NCBI GenBank assembly: GCA_002269645.1
Contig: NIVC01003924.1
Location: forward strand, 1-64,000
Direction of reading: 5' to 3'
Source: Macrostomum lignano
Taxonomy: Eukaryota
DNA length: 64,000 bases
The translations under genes were made by a program, and so were the position numbers. The notes beneath the pieces are model-generated. The model saw nothing but the letters and a program-made list of their open reading frames with translations, was not told the origin of the DNA and did no database searches. This document shows positions 45,918 through 60,285 of the stretch, in pieces; the first letter of the stretch is position 1; every line of letters begins with the position of its first letter.

Positions 45918-46849
45918 GGTCACTCCTATTCTCTATCTGGGCCTTGAGGTAAAAAAGTTTGCCGACCCTGTCTTAGAAGAAGACGCTGTGTAGATACTGC
46001 AGCCAGGCCACTCCTATTTTGTCGCAATAAGGCTGACCTCTCACCATCCGCATCTCCACCCTCTGAATCTCTACTCCAACCCGCTCTTTTGTCTTATACA
46101 TCATCCATCCGTCTCCCCTCGAGTGGGTATGAATTATTGAGTAGATAGAAACATTTTTAGAGCCCCCCCCACCGAATGGCCGGCCGCAGAATGCGGCTTT
46201 CAATTTCACGCTAACTATTTTCCCAGAGACAGACAGTGAGAGAGTTGATGAAGAAGACAAAACGCTAAGGGAGGAAGCTGGATAGATAGTAAAATCCTGT
46301 CCACTGGGGACTGGTGGGGGGAGGCAGGCTGATTCCCTCCTGTGGATTTGCACCGCAGGTTCAGGCATTAAAACTGAGCACCGAAGCTCTGCATCGTAAA
46401 AAGACAGGCGGAGTCGGACGAAAGGCGAGTCTGCATTGGAGCTCAGGGGATGATCAGGAAGGAATGGGGAGCTGGGTGCAAAATTCAATGACGCTAATCT
46501 GACACTGGGCTGAAAGCTGCTTTCTAAGCCGGCCGCTCACGTGGCTGCTCTCTTCTTCCCGCCCTACATCTGGGATAATGGAGCAACTTGAGATGGGGAT
46601 CTGCGACGACATTAGCACCTGTACAGGCAAATTACTAAATGAGCAATATTTTATCCAATGCCGATAAAGGCTCAGCAGGATTAACGATAATTATTAAATT
46701 AACCACTGCCGTCTGTTTTGCGTTGGTTTTGCTATGTTTAGTTTTCACTTTTAACCCAACACGTGCTCAGCAACTTGCCTAAGGATTAGCCTCGCCGATG
46801 AGCCCCAGAATTAAGATAATCCGTTCGGGAAAAATCCCAAGTTTCTAAA

Positions 46850-47700
46850 GCTCGAAGCTTTACAATTCCAAAACTTCATAACTCTTCACAACTCTAAAGC
46901 TTCACAATTCCGAAACTTCACAATTCTTCACAACTCCGAATCTTCACAACTCCGAATCTTCACAACTCCGAAACTTCACAACTCCGAAGCTTCACAATTC
47001 CGAAAATACAAAAATCCGAAACTTTACAACCCAAAGCTTCCCAACTCCGAAGCTTCACAACTCCAAAGCTTCACAACTCCGAAGCTTCACAACTCCGAAG
47101 CTTCACAACTCCGAAGCTTCACAACTCCGAAGCTTCAAATAACTTTGAAGCTTCACAATCCGAAGCTTCACAACTCCGAAGCTTCACAACTCCGAAACTT
47201 CACAACTCCAAAGCTTCACAACTCCGAAACTTCACAACTCCGAAGCTTCACAAATCCGAAGCTTCACAACTCCAAAGCTTCACAACTCCGAAGCTTCACA
47301 AATCCGAAGCTTCACAAATCCGAAGCTTCAAACAACTTTGAAGCTTCACAATCCGAAGCTTCACAACTCCGAAGCTTCACAACTCCAAAGCTTCACAACT
47401 CCGAAGCTTCACAACTCAAAAGCTTCACAACTCCGAAGCTTCACAAATCCGAAGCTTCACAAATCCGAAGCTTCAAACAACTTTGAAGCTTCACAATCCG
47501 AAGCTTCACAACTCCGAAGCTTCACAACTCCGAAACTTCACAACTCCAAAGCTTCACAACTCCGAAACTTCACAACTCCGAAGCTTCACAACTCCGAAGC
47601 TTCACAACTCCAAAGCTTCACAACTCCGAAGCTTCACAACTCCAAAGCTTCACAACTCCGAAGCTTCACAACTCCAAAGCTTCACAACTCCGAAACTTCA
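46850..47700. repeat. ~16-bp minisatellite (GAAGCTTCACAACTCC)
   Basis: Directly visible in the sequence. Confidence 0.93.
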
Positions 47701-49594
47701 CGGCTTCTACCTGGTTCACAATCAGATGTTATAGCAAATTTGTTGTACGCTCGTATTACTGCGATAATATTGTTAAAATTGAATCTAACACTAAATTTTC
47801 TGGTAATAATTTAATTTTGTCTCCTTGGGTGCCAAAATCGATCGATCAGCCTGTGCGTTTGCCCGAGCAATTATCGAGCTGAGCATACTCAAGGTTTAAG
47901 TGTGAAATTGAGTGCTCACCGTGCTCTCGGACTTAACAATGGAATGGGAAAAGTTTCCCACCACTTTTCAGGCTAAGCGGGTGATGGTGTCATTAAAAAT
48001 TTAACTAAGGGAGGGTGGGTGGGTGGGTAGCGGTCCTTAGGCTTACCTGGCAATATCCGGAATCCTGATGCGGCCCTCTGTTTCTGAGCTCGGTGTAACT
48101 ATTGGCCTCTGTTACTGAAGCTCCTGTTTGGAGTTGGAATTGATGGTGCAGTTTCCCCATTTTCGAGTAAGTTTAGTACGCTTCACCTGCTCCAGAGCCA
48201 AAGGTTTCAGTGAGAGATTACTGGCCTTTTATGTCATCCCTTCAGCGAGTCCTGCAGTGGGGCATTGTTATCAGTTTATCTATTCCACATTTAGTACCTC
48301 AGATTGTTTATTTTAAGTTTGGCAACAATGCTTCAATGCTGCAGTCCTGAAATCTAAGTAACTCAGTGTGTCATAAATTTCGGATCCTCAGATCGAGAGG
48401 AAATTGGGCAAGATGGCAAAATCCGCAGATTTAATGTTTATCAGCCAGCAAGCACAAATTTTGTTGGAATTTGCCAAATTGGTAGAATTAATTACGGACT
48501 TAATGGAACTCGCAAGGCCTTCCAATGCGGCTTCTTTAACGACGGCACCTTGCCTAATATAATCAGTGTTTTACAACCTCCAATAATTTACGCATGCAAG
48601 AGGAAGGAAAAAGCGCATAAAAGGTGCGTGAGCATTTGGGAGCGGCAGAGAGAGGGGAGTTGGACTGAGTCGACAGGAAATGATTGCCGCATGCTAGCAG
48701 CCTCAGAAGCGGCAGAAATCGAGAAACGACTGACACGCGCACACGACGACTGAGAGAGTTTCTTTGTATCTATCTCAGAGTAATTTTCTCTCCTCATTTT
48801 TTGCTGAGTTCTTCCGGACGCACAGATTTGAGGAGGTGCTCAGAGTTTTTGTGTGTGTGTATGAGCGAGGTGTTGAGCACTATGAGCCACTTTTTTACAC
48901 TCCGATTTCGAGGCCTTTTGCCTATTGATGGCTACCTAAACGCTGGCCCCGCCCACCGCCACACCCCACACCCATGTCTCTCTCTCTCTGCTCAAGCTGC
49001 TCAAAAAGTCAGCCCCCCCCCCTGCAACCACCGGATATTAAAATGCGTGTCTGACGGAGGATGGGGCGGCTTCTTCGGGGCTTTGGCAAGGCCCGGCTCT
49101 GCTGCCCCTTTGCCAAAGATTGAAAAGGGTAGCGGCGTCTCTTACGGCCGACCCGCTCCTGTTCCCTCTCAACTACAGCAAGGTGGAACCGTCTTTGCCA
49201 AGCAAAATCCCTTCCTTTCCTTGCGAGCTCCCTCTCTTTCTCCAGCCTCACTTTGGCCTCTTCATCCTCGGAAAATAGAGAATAAAAGAATCCCAAAGCA
49301 AGTGAAATAGTGGGGCTTCCAATCCCATTTTTTGGCTATTGAGTTCTCTATGATTCTTACGGCTCATGTTTTTCAGAGCTTTTGTCGGCTGCTCGTGCTC
49401 TCCATAATTTACAACTTTCCGACTTCCTGCAAGCAGGACTCTGGCTTTCAGAGAGCACTGCAAGCTGTTCCCCATCACTCATCGAGATGCAGATCTGAAT
49501 TCGCAGACTTAAAAAAATTGAAATTTGCCTAACTGAGCAAAAAATTATCCATCAATTATAAAATAGCTTATTATAAATAACTCATAAATTTTTT

Positions 49595-50630
49595 TAGCAA
49601 TTCCCTTCTTCAGTCATTGGTCATCTGAATAATTCCCCTTTTGAGTCATTGGTCATCTGAGTAATTCCCCTTTTGAGTCATTGGCCATCTTAGCAATTTC
49701 CTTCTTCAGTCATTGGCCATCTTAGCAATTCCCTTCTTCAGTCATTGGCCATCTGAGCAATTCCCCTCTTGATTATATAAAGATAACTGAGATCCCCTCT
49801 TGAGTCATTTGGCATCTGAGCGATTCCCCTCTTGAGTCATTGGCCATCTGAGCAATTCCCCTCTTGATTCATTTGGCATCTGAGCAATTCCCCTCTTGAG
49901 TCATAGGTCATCTGAGCAGTTCCCCTCTTGAGTCATTGGCCATTTGAGCAATTCCCCTCTTGAGTCATTTGGCATCTGAGCAATTCCACGCTTGAGTCAT
50001 AGGTCATCTGAGCAATTCCCCTCTTGAGTCATAGGTCATCTGAGCAATTCCCCTCTTGAGCCATAGGTCATCTGAGCAATTCCCCTCTTGAGTCATAGGT
50101 CATCTGAGCAATTCCCTTCTTGAGTCATCAAGTTATCTGAGCAATTCCCCTCCTGAGTCATCGGCCATCTGAGCAATTCCCCTCCTGAGTCATCGGCCAT
50201 CTGAGCAATTCCCCTCTTGAGTCATTTGGCATCCGAGCAATTCCCTCTTGAGTCATAGGTCATCTGAGCAATTCCCCTCTTGAGTCATCAGCCATCTGAG
50301 CAATTCCCCTCTTGAGTCATAGGTCATCTGAGCAATTCCCTTCCTGAGTCATCGGCCATCTGAGCAATTCCCCTCCTGAGTCATCGGCCATCTGAGCAAT
50401 TCCTCTCTTGAGTCATCGGCCATCTGAGCAATTCCCCTCTTGAGTCATCGGCCATCTGAGCAATTCCCCTCCTGAGTCATAGGTCATCTGAGCCATTCCC
50501 CTCTTGAGTCATCGGCCATCTGAGCAATTCCCCTCCTGAGTCATCGGCCATCTGAGCAATTCCCCTCCTGAGTCATAGGTCATCTGAGCCATTCCCCTCT
50601 TGAGTCATCGGCCATCTGAGCAATTCCCAT
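49595..50630. repeat. ~32-bp minisatellite
   Basis: GAGTCATCGGCCATCTGAGCAATTCCCCTCTT units. Confidence 0.93.
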
Positions 50631-51699
50631 TGAGCTCATATTCATAATCAGCACAACATTAGCCAACTCACAAGAAAATCTTCCAGAATCGATTTTTTGG
50701 TCAACCCTGAAACAAACGCGCCGCCCACATGACCCGAGACTGTCGAACCAATTAGCGATCAGCAATTAACCTCTCCGAGTGTTGATTGACTTTCGCATGC
50801 GGAAGGGCGTGTCCCAAGAAAATTAGCCATCGAGATAATGACAAGAAAATATTCAGCATGGCTGGCAACCCCTTGCTGGACACATCACAGTACGCTCATA
50901 CGGAGGTCGCTTTAAAATTGAACGACAATGGGCCGTCCCAAAGGGACTCAGGATTCGAGCCCGCGACTGTCCTGCACAACTCTCTCTCTCCTCTCTCTCT
51001 AATTAGCCGACAGGACCAAGCCAGCTCGCAAGCATAATTAGGTTTTATCGAGGCTAAAATTCTCTCAACTGAAAAAGGCGATTGGACTTGGGACTTGGGG
51101 ATAATTTCATAAGCTCGGGTGGAGCGAGCTCTGGGGAAGGGGGGGGGGGTTGGCCATCCATACTGAGAACAGGATGCAGTTTCTGGGTCAGGACTTGAGT
51201 CAGAACAGAAGGAACCCCAGACAAGACTGCTCTTGCTGGTCAGCCAAAGTTGCTGACGTAAAACTACGCTCGTAGCTTGTAGGCAGAGAATAAAAGAAAG
51301 AGAATGCTCAGTTGTATTCTCGGAAATGCTTAGGAAGTACTTCATCAAGAAACAGCATTGAGTTGACAAAAGATGTGATAATGACAAAGTCAGAATGTCA
51401 GTTTCAGTGTCTGGAGCCTGTAAATTATTGATGATAGCAAAGTTGCCTGTGGACTCCATTAGTCTTTCTCAGTTTTTTACTAAAGATCATTTTGGGGACA
51501 AGAGGAACACGAAATTCACACGTTAAATTATGCACAATGAAACAGTAGCAAGTGGACCGCAGGGAAGCGGGCGACATCAACTGCTACTCACGATTGAGAA
51601 GTTTGTTTTATTGGTTAGAGTTTCAGTTAAACAGGCAGATACAGACGTAGCACTGAAAAGTAGTCAGTTAGCCATAAATATTTATCGGCTATTAGGCCA

Positions 51700-52260
51700 T
51701 TAGACAGATCATAGACAATTAGCCCATTAGACAGATCATAGACAATTAGCCCATTGGACAGATCATAGACAATTAGCCCATTAGACAGATCATAGACAAT
51801 TAGCCCATTAGACAGATCATAGACAATTAGCCCATTAGACAGATCATAGACAATTAGCCCATTGGACAGATCATAGACAATTAGCCCATTAGATAGATCA
51901 TAGACAATTAGCCCATTAGACAGATCATAGACAATTAGCCCATTAGACAGATCATAGACAATTAGCCCATTAGACAGATCATAGACAATTAGCCCATTAG
52001 ACAGATCATAGACAATTAGCCCATTAGACAGATCATAGACAATTAGCCCATTAGCTAATTACCCATTGGACGTATCATAATCAATTAGCTCATTAGAAAT
52101 CATAGGCAATTAGCCCATTAGACAAATCATAGGTAATTAGCCCATTAGACACATCATAGGCAATTAGTCCATTAGAAACTATAGGCAATTAGCTGATTAG
52201 ACATCATAGACAATTAGCTCATTAGACAAATCATAGGCAATTAGCCCATTAGACATCTAC
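51700..52260. repeat. 27-bp minisatellite
   Basis: TTAGACAGATCATAGACAATTAGCCCA units. Confidence 0.93.
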
Positions 52261-53122
52261 GCAATTAGCTAGCAGTTAGCCATAGATAAAGCAGTCAAAC
52301 CCAAACAACCTAAACCCAAATGCACCTCAATAACAAAACTGCAGTTCATCAAACGGACAGACTGAATGAATCACAAAAAGCGTGAAGTTTTCCATGACTC
52401 ATGTTCTATTGAAATTGTTTCCATATGCTCCATAGAAAATTCTAACAAGCTAGAAAATTACCAACTAGCACCGAACTGATGGATATACACTTAATCATTT
52501 GGCAACGCTCTTGATGATTATGTTTAAAAAAAGATGACTTCATGCTCGCATCTGTGCGATTGTGCGTGTTGAAAAACTGCAAGAACCAGCATCAGGTGCG
52601 CTGGTCAATCCGCGGCTGCAGTTCTGCTGTGGGCGCGCATCGCTCTGCAAGGATTACGCAATCCTTTGGTCCGGGTGGGTGTTCGCAAATAGGATTAGCA
52701 AGCCCCACTACTGCGGGTTGTGGGAGAGGAGCTGCGACGCAGACAGAATTATCCCAACATGTGGGAAGAGATGAGGTCATAGCTGGGGATACTTGAAGAG
52801 GCTTTGCAATGCTTAGAGGAACGATGTAGAATTCTATGCTAGGTCTATTATCACTCTGTCCCCAGCATCCTTGACAACTTCAGCTTGACAGACAATGATG
52901 CCAACCCGCATTTTCAATCTCATATTAATTGTCGATTTTGACGGTACTCGATTGACAACTTCAAGGTGTACAGCGGACCTTTGACTTTCTAATCGTAAGG
53001 CATGTATACTCTCTGTGATTGGAGGTCGGCTATCATGGGTTTGAATTGCACGACAACCCACGATTTTCAATTGAGATACAGAGATTTTATTGAGCTTTTA
53101 AAACGAAGTTTATAAAATCTGA

Positions 53123-53409
53123 TCAAGGACTACTCAAGTAGATCAGGACGAGAAACTACATTTCTAAGAAAATGTTTATGAGGCTGGTTTTCGACGAAAA
53201 ATACACCGCTGAGATAGGAAGCTTTCATCTTTTTCAGCACAAGAATTTTTATTGCTTTCGATAGGAGGCAGATCCAATGTTCATCTTTTGATATTTTGTG
53301 CCTTTCTTTTAGCTCTATCGATATTCATATCGATTTTATTTCATCATCGGCCTCAAAAACATTTTCTAAGAAACGTAGTTTCCCGTCCTTCTACTTGAGT
53401 AGTCCTTGA
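53123..53409. mobile_element. MITE-like element with ~60-bp inverted arms
   Basis: TCAAGGACTACTCAAGTAG...GAGGC is inverted at GCCTC...CTACTTGAGTAGTCCTTGA. Confidence 0.65.
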
Positions 53410-54924
53410 GTCTGGTTCAAATTAACAGAAATTGAAATGACTTTAGTGACTCCAGCTGCTGGTTCAAGGCCTCCCATGTGGCAGCTCGTAGATCGAGCTG
53501 ATTTTGGCAGCGGATGTTTAGCGATGCACGTCGGCTTGTTTAGTTCCAAACCATGCAGGGCCACCTGGGAACAAACTTGAGGCCAAGGGATAACGATCTT
53601 CACGCCAATGTGTTTTTTCTTGCGTCAGGTTTTTTCACAGGTTAGGGGGGGGGAGGCGAAACAAACAATTTCTCGGAATGCGGCTGGCAAGCGAGCTTGT
53701 CATGGACACCTCTGGTCAGACAACATCTGGACTGGAAACGGAGCAAAACTTGGGGAAAACAAATGGAGTTTGTAGAGAGTCATAAAAAACTCAATTTGAG
53801 AAAAGGATGCGGGCGCCATGACCCAACGCTTTCGGCAACATCATCCCACAACCGGAGTTGTGATCACAAACCCGAAATATCATAACTCCGAAAGTTCTAG
53901 CAATGTCCAACACTATTTTGGTTTTCGGAGTATTTCGGGTTTATGATAGGCGTTGCTATTAATTTCGGAGTTTTGATTTTTCTAGGGTTTATGATATTTC
54001 GGGTTTATGATGGGAAGTGCTTTCAGAGTTGTGAGTTTTCGGGTTTATGATATTTCGGGTTTGTGATATTTCGGGTTTATGATGGGAAGTGCTTTCGGAG
54101 TTGTGAGTTTTCGGGTTTATGATGGCGACCCGTGGAGACAGAGTCAGTAAACTCCGCTCCACAGAGTGAAAAGAGAGAGGAACGACAGAAAAGTTGCTAA
54201 AACTTGTTCGGTAGCATTTCCTGCGAATTAACCTTCGAGATTTGTTTCTTTTTAAAATTTCCATCTTTAGCCTCCCGTCCAGATATTTGACTAAGAGACG
54301 TCCATGGCGGTCCCTCCGGCCACCGGCTGCTTGGGCGGGGCAGATATCCCATGGGGGGGGGCTATGCCTTGCGGCAACTGCCGCCGGCTCTGGCGGGGGG
54401 CTGGGTGGCATAGTGATCGTAAATCACCTGAACTGGCCGAACTGACCAGTGGGAGCAGCACTGGACTGGGAGGGAATATTTTTGACGACTTTCGTTAGAG
54501 TAATTGAAAATAAGCTTCAGTCCGGCAGCACTGCCAGGGGACCGGGGGGTTGCAATAATTCATGACAGGTATTCATAATTAATGAAGCATATTTCATACG
54601 GCCTGGGGCCTGAGTGGGATAAGGTTGGCAAGAGTTACGGGGTCCCAGCTGGCCCTCCGGTGCCAAACCTGTGCTCCAACAGCAGGCTGCACCGATGCAT
54701 CCGTTTCAAGATGCTATCTCGACTTGCTCATGATTCAAATTACATTACCGTAGCAACGAGTAGAGTCCGTAGTTGCTAAATCAATTTTTTAATTTGAATT
54801 TTTTAATTGAGTTTTAAATTATTTAAAATATGGTTCCAATCGAGTCTAGGAATTCAAAACAGTCCCGTGACTTGCCCCTTAGTGCGGTCACCTCAGGGAG
54901 ACACTTTAATTTCAATGAGATTGG

Positions 54925-56520
54925 ACACCATAACACCATAACACCATAACACCATAACACCATAACACCATAGTACCATAACACCATAACACCATAATAC
55001 TACAGCACCATAACACTATAACACAATAACACCATAACACCTTAACACCATAACACCATAACATCATAACACCATAGTACCATAACACCATAACACCATA
55101 ACACCATAGTACCATAACACCATAACACCATAACACCATAATACTACAGCACCATAACACCATAACACCATAACACCATAACACCATAACACCATAACAC
55201 CATAACACCATAATACAATAGTACCATAACACCATAACACCATAACACCATAACACCATAACACCATAACACCATAACACCATAATACTACAGCACCATA
55301 ACACCATAGTACCATAACACCAAAACACCATAACACCAAAACACCATAACACCATAACACCATAGCACCATAACACCATAACACCATAACACCATAACAC
55401 CATAGTACCATAACACCAAAACACCATAACACCATAACACCATAACACCATAGCACCATAACACCATAACACCATAACACCATAACACTATATCACCATA
55501 ACACCATAGCACCATAACACCATAACACCATAACACCATAGCACCATAACACCATAACACCATAACACCATAACACCATAACACCATAACACCATAGCAC
55601 CATAACACCATAACACCATAACACCATAACACCATAACACCATAGTACCATAACACCAAAACACCATAACACCATAACACCATAACACCAAAACACCATA
55701 ACACCATAACACCATAACACCATAACACTATATCACCATAACACCATAGCACCATAACACCATAACACCATAACACCATAGCACCATAACACCATAACAC
55801 CATAACACCATAACACCATAACACCATAACACCATAACACCATAACACCATAACACCAAAACACCATAACACCATAACACCATAACACCATAGCACCATA
55901 ACACCATAACACCATAACACCATAACACTATATCACCATAACACCATAGCACCATAACACCATAACACCATAACACCATAGCACCATAACACCATAACAC
56001 CATAACACCATAACACCATAACACCATAACACCATAACACCATAACACCATAACACCATAACACCATAACACCATAGTACCATAACACCATAACACCATA
56101 ACACCATAGTACCATAACACCATAACACCATAACACCATAATACTACAGCACCATAACACCATAACACCATAACACCATAACACCATAACACCATAAAAC
56201 CATAACACCATAACACCATAACACCATAACACCATAACACCATAACACCATAGTACCATAACACCATAACACCATAACACCATAGTACCATAACACCATA
56301 ACACCATAACACCATAATACTACAGCACCATAACACCATAACACCATAACACCATAACACCATAACACCATAACACCATAACACCATAACACCATAACAC
56401 CATAACACCATAACACCATAACACCATAACACCATAACACCATAACACCATAACACCATAACACCATTATACCATAAAACCATAACACCATAACACCATA
56501 ACACCATAACACCATAACAA
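54925..56520. repeat. 8-bp satellite (ACACCATA)n
   Basis: About 200 units, directly visible. Confidence 0.97.
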
Positions 56521-58295
56521 TAGAAACAGAGTGAAAAATGAGATTGACATTATTGGTTTGATCTGTCAACAATGCTAGCTACGTACATGATTTAATCTGA
56601 GCGACTTCGAGTTCTTCAGTCAAAGATTGAATGCACATCGCAAGTCTGTTTCCCCTCTACGGAGTTACGCGGCTGACATTCTATCCTGAAATGTTTTTTG
56701 TCACCTTTGGTGGCGTCTCCGCATTGCTGCATCCAGTTTATCCCGGCTAGCAGCTATGCTTCTTTACAATTCTTCATCAATGAAGGAAGCTGGAGGGGGG
56801 CTGATTGTTTTTCTTTTCGCACGACTGTCCCTCCCTGTAGACAGCAGAAGCTGGAGCAGAAGCTGGCAGAAGCTGGCATATTTCTGTCGAAAGTTTTTTC
56901 TCTCTTACTGCTTTATCTTCTAGGAGAAGAAGATGGAAAGGAAGCAAGACTTGACGCCGCCAGAAGAGAGGCGCAAAAAGTCTATCTGTATATAAAGGAG
57001 GGCCTCTCTCGCTTTGTTGGCACAACAGGGGATCGTGTTTCGAATATATCGGACCCGTTAGTAACATCTGGGGGCGGCTGAAAAGGACCAGGGAGCCTGA
57101 CCTAGGGGGAGAACCCACCCAGATTCAACTCTCGTGTAGAATTTTTTGCACCCTCTCTTGTGAATGCGAATATTGCGGTCATTCCGATGCATGGGAAAGA
57201 GCATCTATAGACAGTTGCTTGCAGCTTGCTCAATGTAATTCTCTCAGCCTCCGCTGTCTCTTGTTTTCCCACACTACTGATTGCATTTCAAGCCCGACTT
57301 TCTTGTTGTCAGGAGAAACCACACGAACGATTAGAAAGTCAGGGCCACTGTACATGCACCCTGAGTGAGCCTGTGTACAGTATTGGTGCGCTTGCAGGTG
57401 CTCAGGAGTCAGGCGGAATGGGCAGAATCGCTGTCAGCGCTGCTTGTGGGCTGATGTCCCCGAAGACGTTGTGTCAGGGTGCCCGCAGCCGTGTTGCGAG
57501 TATTAATTGCATATAATTATTTTTAAAGTAGGACAAGCTTCCATGTTAAAGTCATTCGGGAGTCTGGATTGCTTTGTCCACGTCAACTTGCTTGGGGAAA
57601 TTTTCAGAAAAGGTCGCCGAAACGGGTACCGAGGTGCAGAAATATCGCCTGCGGCGCAAAAAACATTGGGCTTAATGGTTGTAAGAATTTTATTATTTTA
57701 TTTTCCTCTGTTCTCCCAGTGTAGGAAAGTCGGATCCTAAGCGACGCCCACCAAAACCGACTGGCTTTCTTATTGTCCGGCAGTGTACACTCAGTGTGAT
57801 TTGGGGCTTGACTGCCTTATAAGGGCGATACGCTTTGACATTCGCTAATGTCTACTATTAAGAGTGGCTCAGTAGTATTCTGGGAGTGAAACAACTATTT
57901 TATTAACGACACTAGACTACGTTTTCACAAGATTTTGAAGTATTACGTAGATTTCGCGAATCAGGCAGATTCATCCATATTTATTTATTTATAGCTCGTA
58001 GTTTTCATTTGAAGTAATTTTAATGTTAAATAATTCTGTGCACTAAAACTCACAAAAATGAAAACAGACGATATGCACGCTGCTTGCAAACAAGCGCATG
58101 CAAATAACTGGAAGTGCGAGGCGGCGGGCGAGATGAGGCAAATGGGGTGTCATGACTTCCTAGTACAATTGGAATTAAAGCCAGTGAAAAGCGATTATTA
58201 GCATAGATAATTGAAAGCAATGTGACTCTAATGAAGACATTGAATAACCATTAAGGTTGCAAGCGCATCTGCATGCATCTCTGCCTTCCGAAGTA

Positions 58296-58765
58296 AAATG
58301 CACTGGCGAGATGGGAAGTTTCCAGTTATTCAGCACTGAATCCCCAATATCTCACCTGCTGGACTTCCGAATTGCAGATGCAGCCAGCACGTGTTTTGTC
58401 CGAGCTGCGCTCACAAGTTTATCAAGCTGCTTTTTCATGAACTGCTGCCGGAGACCGGCAAGCAAGCAAGCAAAGTTGCGGCGAAATTGCAGCTGCTCCT
58501 GTCTCTGCAGTGTTTTGTCTGGACGGATTTGTCTATGGCCAAACCCCACTCAAAGCAAAACTGCAAAATCCCTTTAGAAAACACAAGTGTCTCTGATCTT
58601 TGCCGCTCTCTAAAAATACTTTTTCAAATTTTTCACGACGAACTTGTGAGCGCAGCTCGGACAAAACACCTGCTGGCTGCATCTGAAATTCGGAAATCCA
58701 GCAGGTGAGGCATTGGGAATTCAGTGCTGAGAAACTAAAAAACTTCCCATCTCACCAATGCATTT
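58296..58765. mobile_element. MITE/foldback-like element with ~125-bp imperfect inverted arms
   Basis: 58296-58419 is an inverted copy of 58641-58765; a partial extra arm lies at ~59170-59199. Confidence 0.7.
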
Positions 58766-59245
58766 CGCTGCGAAATCTGCGAGTGCAGCGTCCTTCTGCA
58801 TTTGTCCTCCATTGGATGAGGACAGGAAATGAGTAGCAAAAATGAAATCAAATTCAATCAATGCTTTACGTTTGCATTGGCGGGAGAGAAAATGCCAGTT
58901 TTGCCGGGCTAACTTTGCACGGAACTCTCCTGGTTCTTCTCTAATCGGATTTTTCAAAACGGATATTTGTTGGCTTTTGACCGAGAAAAAAATACCATTT
59001 TGAGAAATCCTTGAAAGGTACTTTTCTGTAAGTTTGCTAGAGACAGTTCTGGCACTATGGGGGCCTGATTATTTGAGTACTAACCATGGTCAACTCTGCT
59101 TAACTAGCAGCCCTAGAGGTGAATGCGCTAACCTCGGACAATAAAACAATAATTTACTGTTAAAAAATACTGGAACTTCCTATCTCGCCAATGCATTTTG
59201 CAACTGAGTCGATTTGTTACACTTGAGCTGTCTGATGGCTCAGCT

Positions 59246-59476
59246 TCACAGCTGCACCTCGGCCGTATTCTCGGACAGGAAGTAAATTCTCCTGCCCGTG
59301 CCGGGCTCCGTCATCAGCTCGTCGGGCGACTGGAAGCTGGTCTGGGTGACGCAGTCGTTCTGGTAGACGTTGTTAGTCTGCGTTGAACACTGAGACCTTA
59401 CTGGACTTTCGGCTGGGCCAGAGGCAGGTTGTACCAGCTCCTGCGATGGCGTCTGCAGCAGCCCGACCAGCTCAAC
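59246..59476 (-). CDS. GRM: Probable last coding exon of the mGluR gene
   Basis: Pyrimidine-rich CTCCAG acceptor in phase 1; open frame ending TAEVQL*. Confidence 0.55.
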   Translation of the reverse strand, partial: VELVGLLQTPSQELVQPASGPAESPVRSQCSTQTNNVYQNDCVTQTSFQSPDELMTEPGTGRRIYFLSENTAEVQL

Positions 59477-59669
59477 TGGAGTGAAATGGTTGTTGGAATG
59501 TCGAATAGCAGTCAGCAAGCCAAAGGGTAAGAGACTTACTGAATTCCTAAATAGTTGAGATTTTAAACAATTTTTTGCTGACCTGCAGACCCTTTAGCTA
59601 AGATCACAGTGTGTTGCTACCTGCCCTTCACACCTGTTTTCCAAAGGCGTATACAGTATATGCACTCAC

Positions 59670-60285
59670 CATCCGCCTGAGTGCTGATGTCTGCAGTGTG
59701 CTGCACCTGCCGTGCGCTGCCACTGCCGCCGGCTCCTTCGCCGCTCTCGTCCATTCGTCCGGAGCAGTGGTTCACGCTGCCGGCTACGCTACCGTCTCTG
59801 GTTGTGGATGCCAGAGGCTGCATGCTGAGCTGCTGCGGCTGTTGCGGCTGCCGCTTGTTGGCCGTCGTCATCATGGACTGGCGGACATTCTGCTCCGGCC
59901 TGAGCAGTATAATGTAGAGTTTCGGGCCGAACAGGCAGGCCAGAGAGACTGTAGCCGACAAAGATATGGAGAAGCACAGGGTTGCTATGCGGATGTGGAT
60001 AAACGCGGCTGTGGAGAAATAACAGGGCAGGAAGCCCAGCCAGATGACGCAGGTGCTGTACATTGTGAAGCCGATGTGCTTGCTCTCGTTGAACGATTCC
60101 GGTATGTTGCGAGTCAGACAGGCATAGAATGTGCAGACTACTATTAGTAGCATCGGGTGCGCCAGGCCAACCAAGTACAGAGAGCCGACCAGAGACGCGC
60201 ACACCAGCTGGTGCTTGTCACGCGACGGGTAGTGGCTGACGGCCTTCGGAGCTTCGATTTGCATCCAAACTATGAGGACGGCGGC
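59670..60285 (-). CDS. GRM: Metabotropic glutamate receptor exon (TM4-TM7, proximal C-tail)
   Basis: TRNIPESFNESKHIGFTMYSTCVIWLGFLPCYF and FGPKLYIILLRPEQN; CCACAG acceptor and G|GTGAGT donor. Confidence 0.92.

Noticed and set aside
43104-45993. SQSLP, LSSP and GEERR ORFs
   Set aside because: Polypyrimidine and minisatellite translations.
52540-53070. Coding-looking stretch near 52.5-53.1 kb
   Set aside because: Multiple stops and no recognisable domain; it may be a decayed element but is unsupported.
54912-56572. Many MVLWCYGV ORFs
   Set aside because: Translations of the (ACACCATA)n satellite.
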